64,000 nt of DNA, from the NCBI GenBank assembly GCA_937922785.1, contig CALAJQ010000016.1, positions 158,003-222,002 on the forward strand, written 5' to 3'. Source of the DNA: an uncultured Acidimicrobiales bacterium. GTDB taxonomy: Bacteria; Actinomycetota; Acidimicrobiia; Acidimicrobiales; SZUA-35. A program made the translations under genes and the position numbers. This document shows positions 18,106 through 26,866 of the stretch, one piece after another. The notes beneath the pieces were generated by a model that saw nothing but the letters and a program-made list of their open reading frames with translations, was not told the origin of the DNA and did no database searches. Position 1 is the stretch's first letter. Every line of letters starts with the position of its first letter.

Positions 18106-19431
18106 GTGACCAATACTGACACCAAAAATCTCTCTGCTGACGTCGTAATTATTGGTGCTGGCGTAATTGGCTGCGCACTGGCATTGGAACTGGCAAGGCG
18201 GGGCCACAAGACCATCAACGTTGATAAGGCAAGCGCCGCCGGGGCTGGGTCGACAATCAACTCGTGCGCCATTGTGAGGTTCAGCTACTCCACCGAGCAC
18301 GGAGTCAACTTCGCGTGGGAAGGCGGTCACTACTGGGCCAATTGGGCCCAATACATCGGGGCCGAGGACGAACTGGGTCTCATCGAGTTTCACGAGGTCG
18401 GCCAGCTGGTTCTCACAATGGACGGAGACCAACACGCAACCCGGGTTACCGAGTTGTGGGAGAAGTTGGACATTCCTCACGAGAAGCTAACTGTGGAACA
18501 AATCGCTGAGCAGTACCCCTGGCTCGACCTCGGTCTGTACGGCCCGCCCGCTCGACCTGAAGATCCTGACTTCTGGCGTGAATCAGGCGGTCAGCTGACT
18601 GGCGGCGTGCGGACCAAGAACGGAGGCTATGTTTCCGATCCGCAGCTTTCCTGTCACAACCTACAACGCGGTGCTGAGGCAGAAGGTGGTGAGTTCAGAT
18701 TCAACACTACGGTTAGTGGAATCGTTCAGGCCGATGGCCGAGTCGCTGGCGTCGAGCTTTCTGATGGTTCGGTAATTGGCGCGAAAGTTGTTGTAAATGT
18801 GGCTGGTCCACATAGTTCGATCATCAACAAGATGGCGGGCGTCTATGACTCAATGAACATCAAGACTGCGGCTCTGCGCCACGAAGTCCATCACGTCCCA
18901 GCACCTCCCGAGGTCGACTTCTTGGCCAACGGAGTTGTCGCCGCTGACAACGACACCGGAATCTACTTCCGACCAGAGGTTGGCAACAACGTTCTCATCG
19001 GGAGCGGTGATCCGGAGTGTGACGTGAAGGAATACGTAGACCCCGATAACTATGACAACGCCGTGTCTGAGGCCCAGTGGAATGCCCAGGTGCTGCGAGC
19101 CAATCGGCGTATTCCAACTTTGGGTGTGCCCCATGAAAAGAAGGGCATCGTTGATCTCTATGACGTCTCCGACGATTGGCTGCCCATCTATGACCGCACC
19201 GATCTTGATGGTTTCTACGTAGCCATTGGCACCAGCGGCAATCAGTACAAGAATGCGGGGGTTGCCGGCCAGGTGATGGCGGATCTGATCGAGGCAGTGG
19301 AGGCCGGGCACGACCACGACAACGAGCCGTTGCAACTAACAGGCCGCTACACCGGTCGGGACATCGACATGTCTGCCTACAGCCGAAACCGAGAGATCAA
19401 CAGCGAGTCCTCGATGTCGGTCCACGGCTAA
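18106..19431 (+). CDS. FAD-dependent oxidoreductase (DAO/sarcosine-oxidase-beta-like)
   Basis: N-terminal ADVVIIGAGVIGCALALELARRG dinucleotide fold. 441 aa. Confidence 0.75.
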   Translation: MTNTDTKNLSADVVIIGAGVIGCALALELARRGHKTINVDKASAAGAGSTINSCAIVRFSYSTEHGVNFAWEGGHYWANWAQYIGAEDELGLIEFHEVGQLVLTMDGDQHATRVTELWEKLDIPHEKLTVEQIAEQYPWLDLGLYGPPARPEDPDFWRESGGQLTGGVRTKNGGYVSDPQLSCHNLQRGAEAEGGEFRFNTTVSGIVQADGRVAGVELSDGSVIGAKVVVNVAGPHSSIINKMAGVYDSMNIKTAALRHEVHHVPAPPEVDFLANGVVAADNDTGIYFRPEVGNNVLIGSGDPECDVKEYVDPDNYDNAVSEAQWNAQVLRANRRIPTLGVPHEKKGIVDLYDVSDDWLPIYDRTDLDGFYVAIGTSGNQYKNAGVAGQVMADLIEAVEAGHDHDNEPLQLTGRYTGRDIDMSAYSRNREINSESSMSVHG

Positions 19432-19454
19432 TTTGCGAGCCACCGGCCGCATCG

Positions 19455-19501
19455 GTTATCCACAGATCAGACAACCTAGACAGTTTTGAGACTTGACCCC
19501 C
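19455..19501 (+). repeat. 47-bp dispersed element, copy B
   Basis: gttatccacagatcagacaacctagacagttttgagacttgaccccc. Ends 1 nt before the ATG of the 1063-aa BNR protein gene. Confidence 0.9.
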
Positions 19502-19502
19502 T

Positions 19503-22500
19503 ATGAAGAAGACTGAATCGCCAGTAGCTAACGCCATCGCTTGCATCGGTCTGCGCAGTATCGGACCAGCATTTATGGGCGGGCGGATCGCCGATATTGC
19601 GATTCACCCCGGCCGCCCATCGGTTTGGTACGTCGCAGTCGGGTCGGGCGGTGTTTGGAAAACCCCGAACGCTGGCATCACTTGGGAGCCATTGTTTGAC
19701 GATCAGGCCTCTTATTCAATTGGTTGTGTGCGCATCGATCCTCAGCGCCCAGAGGTGATTTGGGTCGGCACTGGCGAAGACGTCAGCGGCCGTCACGTCG
19801 CCTGGGGCGACGGGGTTTACCGCAGTCCCGATGGGGGCAAAACCTGGACGCACATGGGCTTAGAGAAGTCCGAGCACATCAGCGACATCCTCATTGACCC
19901 TCGAAGCTCCGATGTTGTGTTTGTTGCCGCCGAAGGCCCTTTGTGGAGTTCGGGCGGCGAGCGCGGTCTCTATCGGACCAAAGATGGCGGCCAGACATGG
20001 GAAGCTGTTCTTTCAATCGACGAAGACACCGGTGTTACTAGCGCGGCGTTTGCACCTGATGACCCGGACACGATCTACGCGGCCACATACCAGCGTCGCC
20101 GGCGGGTCTGGTCGTTTCAGGCCGGCGGCCCGGGCTCTGGAATCCATCGTTCAACCGATGGCGGAACAACTTGGACCAAGATCACCGAAGGTCTACCCGA
20201 AGGCGACATGGGCCGCATCGGTCTTGCCGTCACCGCTGCTGCCCCCGAGGTGGTTTATGCAACCATCGAGGCGGCTGAAGAGAAAGAACGCGGCTTCTAC
20301 CGGTCAACCACAAAGGGTGCCTCGTGGGAGCGTCGCAGTGAATATCTGTCGGGTGGCACTGGCCCGCACTACTACCAAAAGATCTTTGCCTCGCCAGTTG
20401 ATCCGCAACGGGTCTACGCGGCCGATGTGTTTGTTCACGCCACCAGCGACGGCGGTAAGACCTTTGCCAACATCGAAACAGGCAAGGGCAAGCACAGCGA
20501 CAATCACGTCGTTTGGATCGACCCCACCAACACCGACCATCTCATTGTTGGCAGCGACGCTGGGCTTTATGAGTCCTTCGACCAAGGTAGCTTCTGGCGC
20601 CACGTCTCGAACATGCCAATATCTCAGTTCTACAAGGTGGCAGTAGACAACTCACTGCCGTTCACAAACATATTGGCTGGAGCCCAAGATCTTGGAACGC
20701 TTCGGGGCCCATTAAGAACGTTGCAGCTAGACGGCGTGCGGAATCAGGACTGGTGGGCGCCACTTGGGGCTGACGGCTACCACGTCGCCTTTGATCCCGA
20801 AGACAATGACATCAGCTACATGGAGTGGCAGGTCGGGAATGTGATGCGCCACAACGGTAAGACCATGGAGCTCACCGACATCCAGCCTCAAGCCGGGCCC
20901 GATGATCCTCCCGAGCGTTGGAACTGGGAAGTTCCGATCGTCATCAGTCCGCACAAGGCCAGCCGAATTTACCTGGGTTCCCAGCGCCTTTGGCGCAGCG
21001 AAGACCGTGGTGACTCATGGAGTGCGATCAGCCCCGACCTCACCACAAACGTCAACCGATACGAGTTGCCGGTTGCAGACCGAGTTCTTAGTGTTGACTC
21101 GCTATATGACCATGAAGCAATGTCGCTCTATTGCAGCATCACCGCCATTGCCGAGTCGCCTGTCGATCCGGGTGTGCTTTATGTCGGTACCGACGACGGG
21201 CGGATCCAAGTAAGCGAAGACGGTGGGGTCAATTGGCGTGAGGCCACTCGGCCCGAGGGTCTACCCGAGGCAGCCTTCATCAACGATTTTGAGGCGTCAG
21301 CACACGACGGCGACGCAGTCATCGTTGCTGCCGATGACCACAAGAGCGGTGACTATCGGCCGTACTTGTTTGAAAGTCTTGACCGCGGTCGGTCTTGGCG
21401 GAACATCAGCTCCAACGTGCCGGACAGCGTTGTTGTTTGGTCGATCGAGCAAGACCACATCGTCGAGAACCTTTTGTTTCTCGGGGCCGAAAATGGCGTG
21501 TACGTAAGTGTTGATAGGGGAGCGGAATGGCACAAGTTGTCCAAAGACGTTCCCACCATCTCGTTCCGTGACCTGGCCATTCAGCGCCGGGATAGTGACT
21601 TGGTCTGTGGCAGCTTCGGTAGAGGGATCTACGTCTTGGACGACTACGGGCCGCTTCGAGAACTGGCTGCCAATCGCGTCAGCTTGGACGATGAAGCTGT
21701 TTTGCTGGCTCCCCGTGACGCTTGGTGGTACGTGCCGTATCAGCCGATGCAAGCCGTAGGGCAGTCGACCTTGGGGGCGACTGCGTTTAGAACTGCCAAC
21801 CCACAGTTCGGCGCAACCTTCACCTATCACCTCAACGCCGACATCGAGTCGCCAAAGGCGAAACGCAAGACCCAAGAACTCGACATCGAGGGTGATGTCG
21901 AGTTCCCTGGTTGGGATCGCCTCCAACACGAACACATTGCCCCCGAGCCCGCCATGGTGATTCGCATAAGCGACTCGAACCGAAATCCTGTTGCCAACGT
22001 CATTGGTAAAACAACGTCTGGTCTGCATCAGGCCACCTGGGATTTGCGCCTGAATGCTCCCGAGCCGGTGCGACTAAAGCCTCCGGACTTCGAACCTCCG
22101 TGGGCTTCGGCTCGCAAGGGTCCTCTGGTGGACCCAGGCCGCTACCAGGCTGAGTTGGTCTCGTTTAACGACGGCCAAACCCGAGTGCTGGCCGGTCCGC
22201 AAGAGTTCAACGTGGTGCCGATTCCGGCAGTTGAAGCAAGCGCAGTCTCAGCCGATGCCCAAGCATTCCGCCAGGCCAGCGTTGACCTCTCTCGCAGACA
22301 TGCAAGCGCCAGCAAGCGGATTGAAACAGCCCGAGATCGCGTGAAGCACCTTCGGCTCGCAATTGTGGCCACCGCATCGGCAAACGATCTGTATGGCCGC
22401 CTTGAAGCTGCTAACCGTCAGCTCGAGGAGTTGGCAGCCTTAATAGTTGGCGACCCCGTTCGCTTAAAGCTTGCTGAGGCGCCGACCCCTTCTGTTGGTG

Positions 22501-22694
22501 AACTAATTGATCGAATCAAGTACTTCCAATGGGACAACACAAGTTCGCCAACGGCCACCCAGCAGGCAAGCCTTGATCGGGCGCTTAGCCAGTTCGGCCC
22601 CGCCGAGGCTGAGCTTGTTGATCTGATTGATTCCGAGATGGCATCAATCACCGCTGCGGTAGACGCTGCTGGCGGCTCCTACACCCCCAGATAG
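19503..22694 (+). CDS. BNR/Asp-box repeat (Vps10/sortilin-like) beta-propeller protein
   Basis: At least 9 Asp-box-like SxDxGxxW motifs (SPDGGKTWTH, TKDGGQTWEA, STDGGTTWTK, TSDGGKTFAN, SEDRGDSWSA, SEDGGVNWRE, SLDRGRSWRN, SVDRGAEWHK). N-terminus LRSIGPAFMGGRI is typical of this family. No obvious signal peptide. Confidence 0.8.
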   Translation: MKKTESPVANAIACIGLRSIGPAFMGGRIADIAIHPGRPSVWYVAVGSGGVWKTPNAGITWEPLFDDQASYSIGCVRIDPQRPEVIWVGTGEDVSGRHVAWGDGVYRSPDGGKTWTHMGLEKSEHISDILIDPRSSDVVFVAAEGPLWSSGGERGLYRTKDGGQTWEAVLSIDEDTGVTSAAFAPDDPDTIYAATYQRRRRVWSFQAGGPGSGIHRSTDGGTTWTKITEGLPEGDMGRIGLAVTAAAPEVVYATIEAAEEKERGFYRSTTKGASWERRSEYLSGGTGPHYYQKIFASPVDPQRVYAADVFVHATSDGGKTFANIETGKGKHSDNHVVWIDPTNTDHLIVGSDAGLYESFDQGSFWRHVSNMPISQFYKVAVDNSLPFTNILAGAQDLGTLRGPLRTLQLDGVRNQDWWAPLGADGYHVAFDPEDNDISYMEWQVGNVMRHNGKTMELTDIQPQAGPDDPPERWNWEVPIVISPHKASRIYLGSQRLWRSEDRGDSWSAISPDLTTNVNRYELPVADRVLSVDSLYDHEAMSLYCSITAIAESPVDPGVLYVGTDDGRIQVSEDGGVNWREATRPEGLPEAAFINDFEASAHDGDAVIVAADDHKSGDYRPYLFESLDRGRSWRNISSNVPDSVVVWSIEQDHIVENLLFLGAENGVYVSVDRGAEWHKLSKDVPTISFRDLAIQRRDSDLVCGSFGRGIYVLDDYGPLRELAANRVSLDDEAVLLAPRDAWWYVPYQPMQAVGQSTLGATAFRTANPQFGATFTYHLNADIESPKAKRKTQELDIEGDVEFPGWDRLQHEHIAPEPAMVIRISDSNRNPVANVIGKTTSGLHQATWDLRLNAPEPVRLKPPDFEPPWASARKGPLVDPGRYQAELVSFNDGQTRVLAGPQEFNVVPIPAVEASAVSADAQAFRQASVDLSRRHASASKRIETARDRVKHLRLAIVATASANDLYGRLEAANRQLEELAALIVGDPVRLKLAEAPTPSVGELIDRIKYFQWDNTSSPTATQQASLDRALSQFGPAEAELVDLIDSEMASITAAVDAAGGSYTPR

Positions 22695-22731
22695 CGCTCA
22701 ATTTGAAGCCTGATCGGCCGACTATGACTGT

Positions 22732-24009
22732 ATGGCCACCGAACTGTCTGCGATCGATCGCGCCCAAAGCGTTGCGGTCGAAAACTCAGCAATTCGATGG
22801 AGCTCACGCAGGCTTTTCTCGGTCGTATTTGGCGCTGCGTTTCTGGTCTATTGCACAACTGCACTAGTTGTTGCCACCCATTCAATTGACGCGTTAACGA
22901 ACTCAATCAGCAGTTGGTCCATCGTCCGAACTGGCTCGCCGGTTGTGCCCGAGTTCGAACAGGTCGCAACTCCGCCCGGAGTTTTTGTGCCGCACACGCC
23001 CTGGATCGTCGAGTCACCCCGTGGGCCAATCTCTCAGTATCCGCCGGGGGCCGTCATCACCGCGATCCCGGCCTATGCCGTTGCCAACGTTGTCGGAGTT
23101 GAATCGATTCCGCTGTCGTTTCCGACCGCTGACGGCTCAGGCGACATTGACGTCTTGGTGGCGCCTCTGTGGGTTGGTTCGCTGATTGGGGCTGAGGTAA
23201 CTGCACTGGCCTTGGCGGTAATCGCCCTGACCGTGCACGAACAGCACAATACAAACACTGCTCTGTGGTCTGCTGCGGTGTTTGGACTAGGAACCTCAGC
23301 TTGGATGGTGGCTGGCATGGACATCTGGCAGCACGGCCCGGCCATGCTGTGGGTTGGGATCGGAGTATTGATGAGCCAGCGGGCCGGCTACTCAAGATCG
23401 GGTCTTGCGTTTGCGGTGGCCATTCTTACCCGCCCTCATTTAGCTGCGGTAGCGGCGGGTGTGGGTATAGCGGCCGGGCTGAAGGATCGATCGGTAAAAC
23501 CGGTGTTGGCCGTTGGCGCCTTTTCCGCAATCGGCCTGGCTGGCCTGATCGGATACAACTACTGGATCTATGGCGAATTGACTTTGTCTGGTGGCTACGG
23601 GGCTGCGTTTTCAGAACAGCTAGCTTCATCGGAAGAGTCCCAGCTCCTTTGGTACGTGAAGAACGTCATCGGTGGTCTCATCAACCCGGGCAAAGGACTG
23701 CTGGTCTATTCGCCATTCATCATCGTCCTGGCTGCCAAGCTGGGAAGTGGGTGGCGCAACACTGAACTAATTGGACGGGGCGCCGCCATCGGTGGAGTCA
23801 TTTATCTACTGGTGCAGTGGAAGGCGAACCGATTCTCAGGCGGCGACACCTTCTGGGGTTATCGGTACCCGCTGGAACCGCTGGTGGCACTAGTCCTGTT
23901 GGGTGTCGGAGCCTGGGAAAGCGTCAAGGCCGACGAAAAGCTCCAGAGGGCCTTTAAGGCGCTGGTAGTAACCGCCGTGCTTGTACAGCTGCTGGGAGCT
24001 TTTGCTTAA
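22732..24009 (+). CDS. polytopic membrane protein, possible GT-C-type glycosyltransferase
   Basis: About 10 predicted TM helices with an early extracytoplasmic loop. No diagnostic motif recognised. Confidence 0.45.
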   Translation: MATELSAIDRAQSVAVENSAIRWSSRRLFSVVFGAAFLVYCTTALVVATHSIDALTNSISSWSIVRTGSPVVPEFEQVATPPGVFVPHTPWIVESPRGPISQYPPGAVITAIPAYAVANVVGVESIPLSFPTADGSGDIDVLVAPLWVGSLIGAEVTALALAVIALTVHEQHNTNTALWSAAVFGLGTSAWMVAGMDIWQHGPAMLWVGIGVLMSQRAGYSRSGLAFAVAILTRPHLAAVAAGVGIAAGLKDRSVKPVLAVGAFSAIGLAGLIGYNYWIYGELTLSGGYGAAFSEQLASSEESQLLWYVKNVIGGLINPGKGLLVYSPFIIVLAAKLGSGWRNTELIGRGAAIGGVIYLLVQWKANRFSGGDTFWGYRYPLEPLVALVLLGVGAWESVKADEKLQRAFKALVVTAVLVQLLGAFA

Positions 24010-24068
24010 CTGCCCAATCGCCGAACAGGCGACGGGACGGCGTCAAGTTTGGCCTCTAGGCTGAGCGC

Positions 24069-24461
24069 ATGGGTGGCGAAACCAATTTGGCAACGATGTT
24101 GGCGACGATTCAAGTTCGAAGGCGTGAGGGATCAGTAACTTTGGTCTCGATTGACGGACCAATCGAACTTGGCAACGGTATCGAAGCCTTGATGATGGAA
24201 TCTGAGGGAACCACCGTTGTTGCCACCTTGGAAGAGGCCGAACGGCGAGGTTGGCCAATTGGATTTGAGGCGGCCTGGCTGACAATCGAAATCCACAGCT
24301 CGCTTGAAGCTGTCGGGTTGACAGCAGCGATGTCGGCGGTCCTTACCGAACACGGTATTTCTTGCAACGTCTTGGCGGGTTACTACCATGACCACCTCTT
24401 GGTCCCGGTCGACAGAGCTGATGAGGCCATGAAAGTCTTGGAGTCTCTTCGAGATAGTTAA
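24069..24461 (+). CDS. ACT domain-containing protein
   Basis: 130 aa. C-terminal LTAAMSAVLTEHGISCNVLAGYYHDHLLVP matches the ACT_7-type small regulatory domain. Confidence 0.6.
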   Translation: MGGETNLATMLATIQVRRREGSVTLVSIDGPIELGNGIEALMMESEGTTVVATLEEAERRGWPIGFEAAWLTIEIHSSLEAVGLTAAMSAVLTEHGISCNVLAGYYHDHLLVPVDRADEAMKVLESLRDS

Positions 24462-24479
24462 GGGGCCTAAAGTGGGCGG

Positions 24480-25445
24480 GTGACCGTTCCCGTAATTGAT
24501 CTTTCTGGCTTTTCCGAAGGCGATGAGTCACATCGGGCCCGCATCGCCAGCGATGTTAATGAGGCCTGTAGGTCAATTGGATTCTTCTCCGTTGTAGGTC
24601 ACGGTGTGGACCCTGAGATTGTCGAAACGGCGCACCGGACTGCCCTTGAGTTCTTTGCTTTGCCGCTGGCAGATCGTATGGATGCTGTGGTGCCCGAGCC
24701 TTCATACCCCTACGGTTATCGACCTTTCACAGCTGAGGCGTTGAACAAATCGATTGGTGGCGCCGGTCGGCCCGATCTGAAAGAAACTTTCAACATGGGG
24801 CCACTCAGTGCCGCTCCGGATTCCTATTCTCCAGCGTCAGATTCTGCCGAACGGGGAGTATGGGCCCCGACTCCGTGGCCCTCGGTCATGCCCGAGCTGC
24901 GCACCGCCCTAGAGGCTTACTACCAAGTGATGGCCGACTTGTCAGCCACGCTGATGAACACCTTCGCCTATGCGCTTAACCTGGGCTCCGGTTGGTTTGA
25001 ACCCTTCATTGACAACCACCCTTCCGCCATGCGGCTTGCGTACTATCCGGCGCTTGAGCAGCCGCCAGAAGCTGAGGACCTTAGGGCCGGCGCCCACACC
25101 GATTACGGAACTCTGACGATCCTGCGGCTGGATGCTGAACCTGGCTTACAAGTTCAAGGCGCAGACGGAAACTGGGCCGATGTAAGTGCTCCGGCCGGTG
25201 CCTTAGTTGTGAACCTTGGAGACCTAACCCAGCGTTGGAGCAACGATCGCTGGCGTTCAACCATGCACCGGGTTGTCGTGCCCGAAGGGCATCACGATCG
25301 TGCCCGAATGACAATGCCTTTCTTCCATAACGCAAACTGGGATGCCTTGGTTGAGTGCATAGTTGCCGAAGGTGAAGAACCCAAGCACGAACCGGTTCGG
25401 GCAGGTGCGTATCTAATGGACAAGTTCCGCTCCACAGTCGAATAG
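24480..25445 (+). CDS. 2-oxoglutarate/Fe(II)-dependent oxygenase (isopenicillin N synthase family)
   Basis: HxD...H facial triad (GAHTDYGTLTIL ... STMHRV) and an N-terminal DIOX_N-like VPVIDLS. Confidence 0.85.
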   Translation: MTVPVIDLSGFSEGDESHRARIASDVNEACRSIGFFSVVGHGVDPEIVETAHRTALEFFALPLADRMDAVVPEPSYPYGYRPFTAEALNKSIGGAGRPDLKETFNMGPLSAAPDSYSPASDSAERGVWAPTPWPSVMPELRTALEAYYQVMADLSATLMNTFAYALNLGSGWFEPFIDNHPSAMRLAYYPALEQPPEAEDLRAGAHTDYGTLTILRLDAEPGLQVQGADGNWADVSAPAGALVVNLGDLTQRWSNDRWRSTMHRVVVPEGHHDRARMTMPFFHNANWDALVECIVAEGEEPKHEPVRAGAYLMDKFRSTVE

Positions 25446-25460
25446 CCAACCCTCTCCCCG

Positions 25461-25509
25461 TTCTGTCTGGGCGTAACGCTCGATGGGTGAGCGCTTCGAG
25501 CAGACAGAT
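25461..25509 (+). repeat. structured ~50-nt hairpin element, copy 1 (terminator-like)
   Basis: tTCTGTCTGggcgtaaCGCTCgatgggtGAGCGcttcgagCAGACAGAt. Outer 8-bp stem and inner 5-bp stem. 16 nt after the oxygenase stop. Confidence 0.85.
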
Positions 25510-25552
25510 TGGGGAGTTGTGTCGCTTTATAAGTATGTGCTAATCATAAGCA

Positions 25553-25900
25553 ATGGCTAATGATCCAGTGCCTCATGAAGCAGTGTCTCATGAAAGAATG
25601 GCTGCGGCAGCACTTGACGTGTTGCATGATCCAACGCGCAGACAAGTGCTTGAACTGCTGAGAGACGGTGAGCAAAGTGTCCAGCAGCTCACCGACCAGA
25701 CCACAGTCACTCAGCCAGCAGTCTCTCAGCACCTGAAAGTCCTACGGGAAGCCGGCCTGGTACTGGCCCGACCCGATGGGGCAAGACGCATTTATCGGGT
25801 CAATCCCGATGGGTTTAGTGGTGTTAGAGCTTGGGTTGACTCATTTTGGGACGACGCGCTTACCGCCTTTGTCACTTACGCAGAAGGAGAATCAAAATGA
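25553..25900 (+). CDS. ArsR/SmtB family transcriptional regulator
   Basis: LHDPTRRQVLELL...QQLTDQTTVTQPAVSQHLKVLREAGLV winged-helix motif. Confidence 0.9.
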   Translation: MANDPVPHEAVSHERMAAAALDVLHDPTRRQVLELLRDGEQSVQQLTDQTTVTQPAVSQHLKVLREAGLVLARPDGARRIYRVNPDGFSGVRAWVDSFWDDALTAFVTYAEGESK

Positions 25901-26811
25901 CAGTCCCACCAGTAGTGAGGTCCGCCTGGGTCAATCGGCCACTCGAAGAAGCGTTTGCCGTCTTCACAGATCAGATCGGCGCTTGGTGGCCGTTGCCAAC
26001 TCACGGATTGGCTTCAGTCGCTGGAAGTGTTGGGTTCAGCGATGGTGCGCTCATCGAACAAGCAGCGTATGGAACCCAAATCACGTGGGGCGAGGTGCTC
26101 GAGTGGGATGCTCCAAACCAGGTTGTTCTCGCCTGGCATCCCGGCCAAGAACGCTCCGAAGCCTCTGAGGTCGAGGTGGCATTTGTACCTGATGGTGAAG
26201 GTACCCGCGTGGTCATAGAGCATCGCGGTTGGGACGGCTTTGGCGCAGACGCCATGAAACGGCGAAAGGGTTACGCAGGTCCGAATGCGTGGGGTCATGT
26301 GTTGGATCACTACGCAGATTTGGCTGATGTGCGGCCTGACGCCGCTGATCTTTCCGGCCTGGCTGCTTCATATGAGCAGTTCTTTGCCGAGGCCGACAAG
26401 GGCGGCTTCGGTTCGGCTCCAGAGGGGGAGTGGAACGCTGAGCAGGTTGTTGCTCACGTAGCGCTGAACGACGCAGGGATGCTTGGCGTATGCCAGGCCT
26501 TGGTGCACCAGACCGAAGCTCGGTTTGAGAATCTGATCTGTCAGGATCTCGGGGTTCTGGCTAACTACATCGAGCGTCACGATGGGATGGCGGGCCTCAT
26601 CGAGAGTGGCCGCAAGATGGCCGATCTTGTTCTGGCTGCGCTTTCCAGGCTTTCGCCTGAGCAGCTCCAAACACCGGTCGCTTGTTACCTGATGCACTAT
26701 GACGACGTGATGGTTGACGCCGACATGCCCTGGGAGACTGTTGCGATCAACATTCAGGCTGGCCGTCACCTGCCTGCTCACGTGGAGCAGCTACAAAATC
26801 TCAGAACCTGA
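25897..26811 (+). CDS. SRPBCC (AHSA1-like) domain protein fused to a DinB/mycothiol-dependent-enzyme-like domain
   Basis: The ATG overlaps the arsR stop (ATGA 25897..25900), with AAGGAGA 7 nt upstream. The N-terminal half (VRSAWVNRPLEEAFAVFTDQIGAWWP) is the classic ArsR-partner SRPBCC fold. The C-terminal half (EWNAEQVVAHVALND...) resembles DinB_2. The track ORF start 25846 is probably too long. Confidence 0.75.
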   Translation: MTVPPVVRSAWVNRPLEEAFAVFTDQIGAWWPLPTHGLASVAGSVGFSDGALIEQAAYGTQITWGEVLEWDAPNQVVLAWHPGQERSEASEVEVAFVPDGEGTRVVIEHRGWDGFGADAMKRRKGYAGPNAWGHVLDHYADLADVRPDAADLSGLAASYEQFFAEADKGGFGSAPEGEWNAEQVVAHVALNDAGMLGVCQALVHQTEARFENLICQDLGVLANYIERHDGMAGLIESGRKMADLVLAALSRLSPEQLQTPVACYLMHYDDVMVDADMPWETVAINIQAGRHLPAHVEQLQNLRT

Positions 26812-26861
26812 CATCTGTCTGGGCGTAACGCTCGGTGGGTGGGTGCTTCGAGCAGACAGAT
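26811..26861 (+). repeat. structured ~50-nt hairpin element, copy 2 (terminator-like, between convergent genes)
   Basis: CATCTGTCTGggcgtaaCGCTCggtgggtGGGTGcttcgagCAGACAGATG. 10-bp outer stem. The inner-stem changes relative to copy 1 give G.U wobbles. Confidence 0.85.
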
Positions 26862-26866
26862 GTGGA

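Noticed and set aside
25461-26861. The hairpin pair as integron attC sites flanking a gene cassette
   Set aside because: There is no intI integrase or attI in the window. The elements lack the RYYYAAC / GTTRRRY core sites. The cassette contains two genes with their own regulator. The wobble-preserving changes point to RNA-level function.
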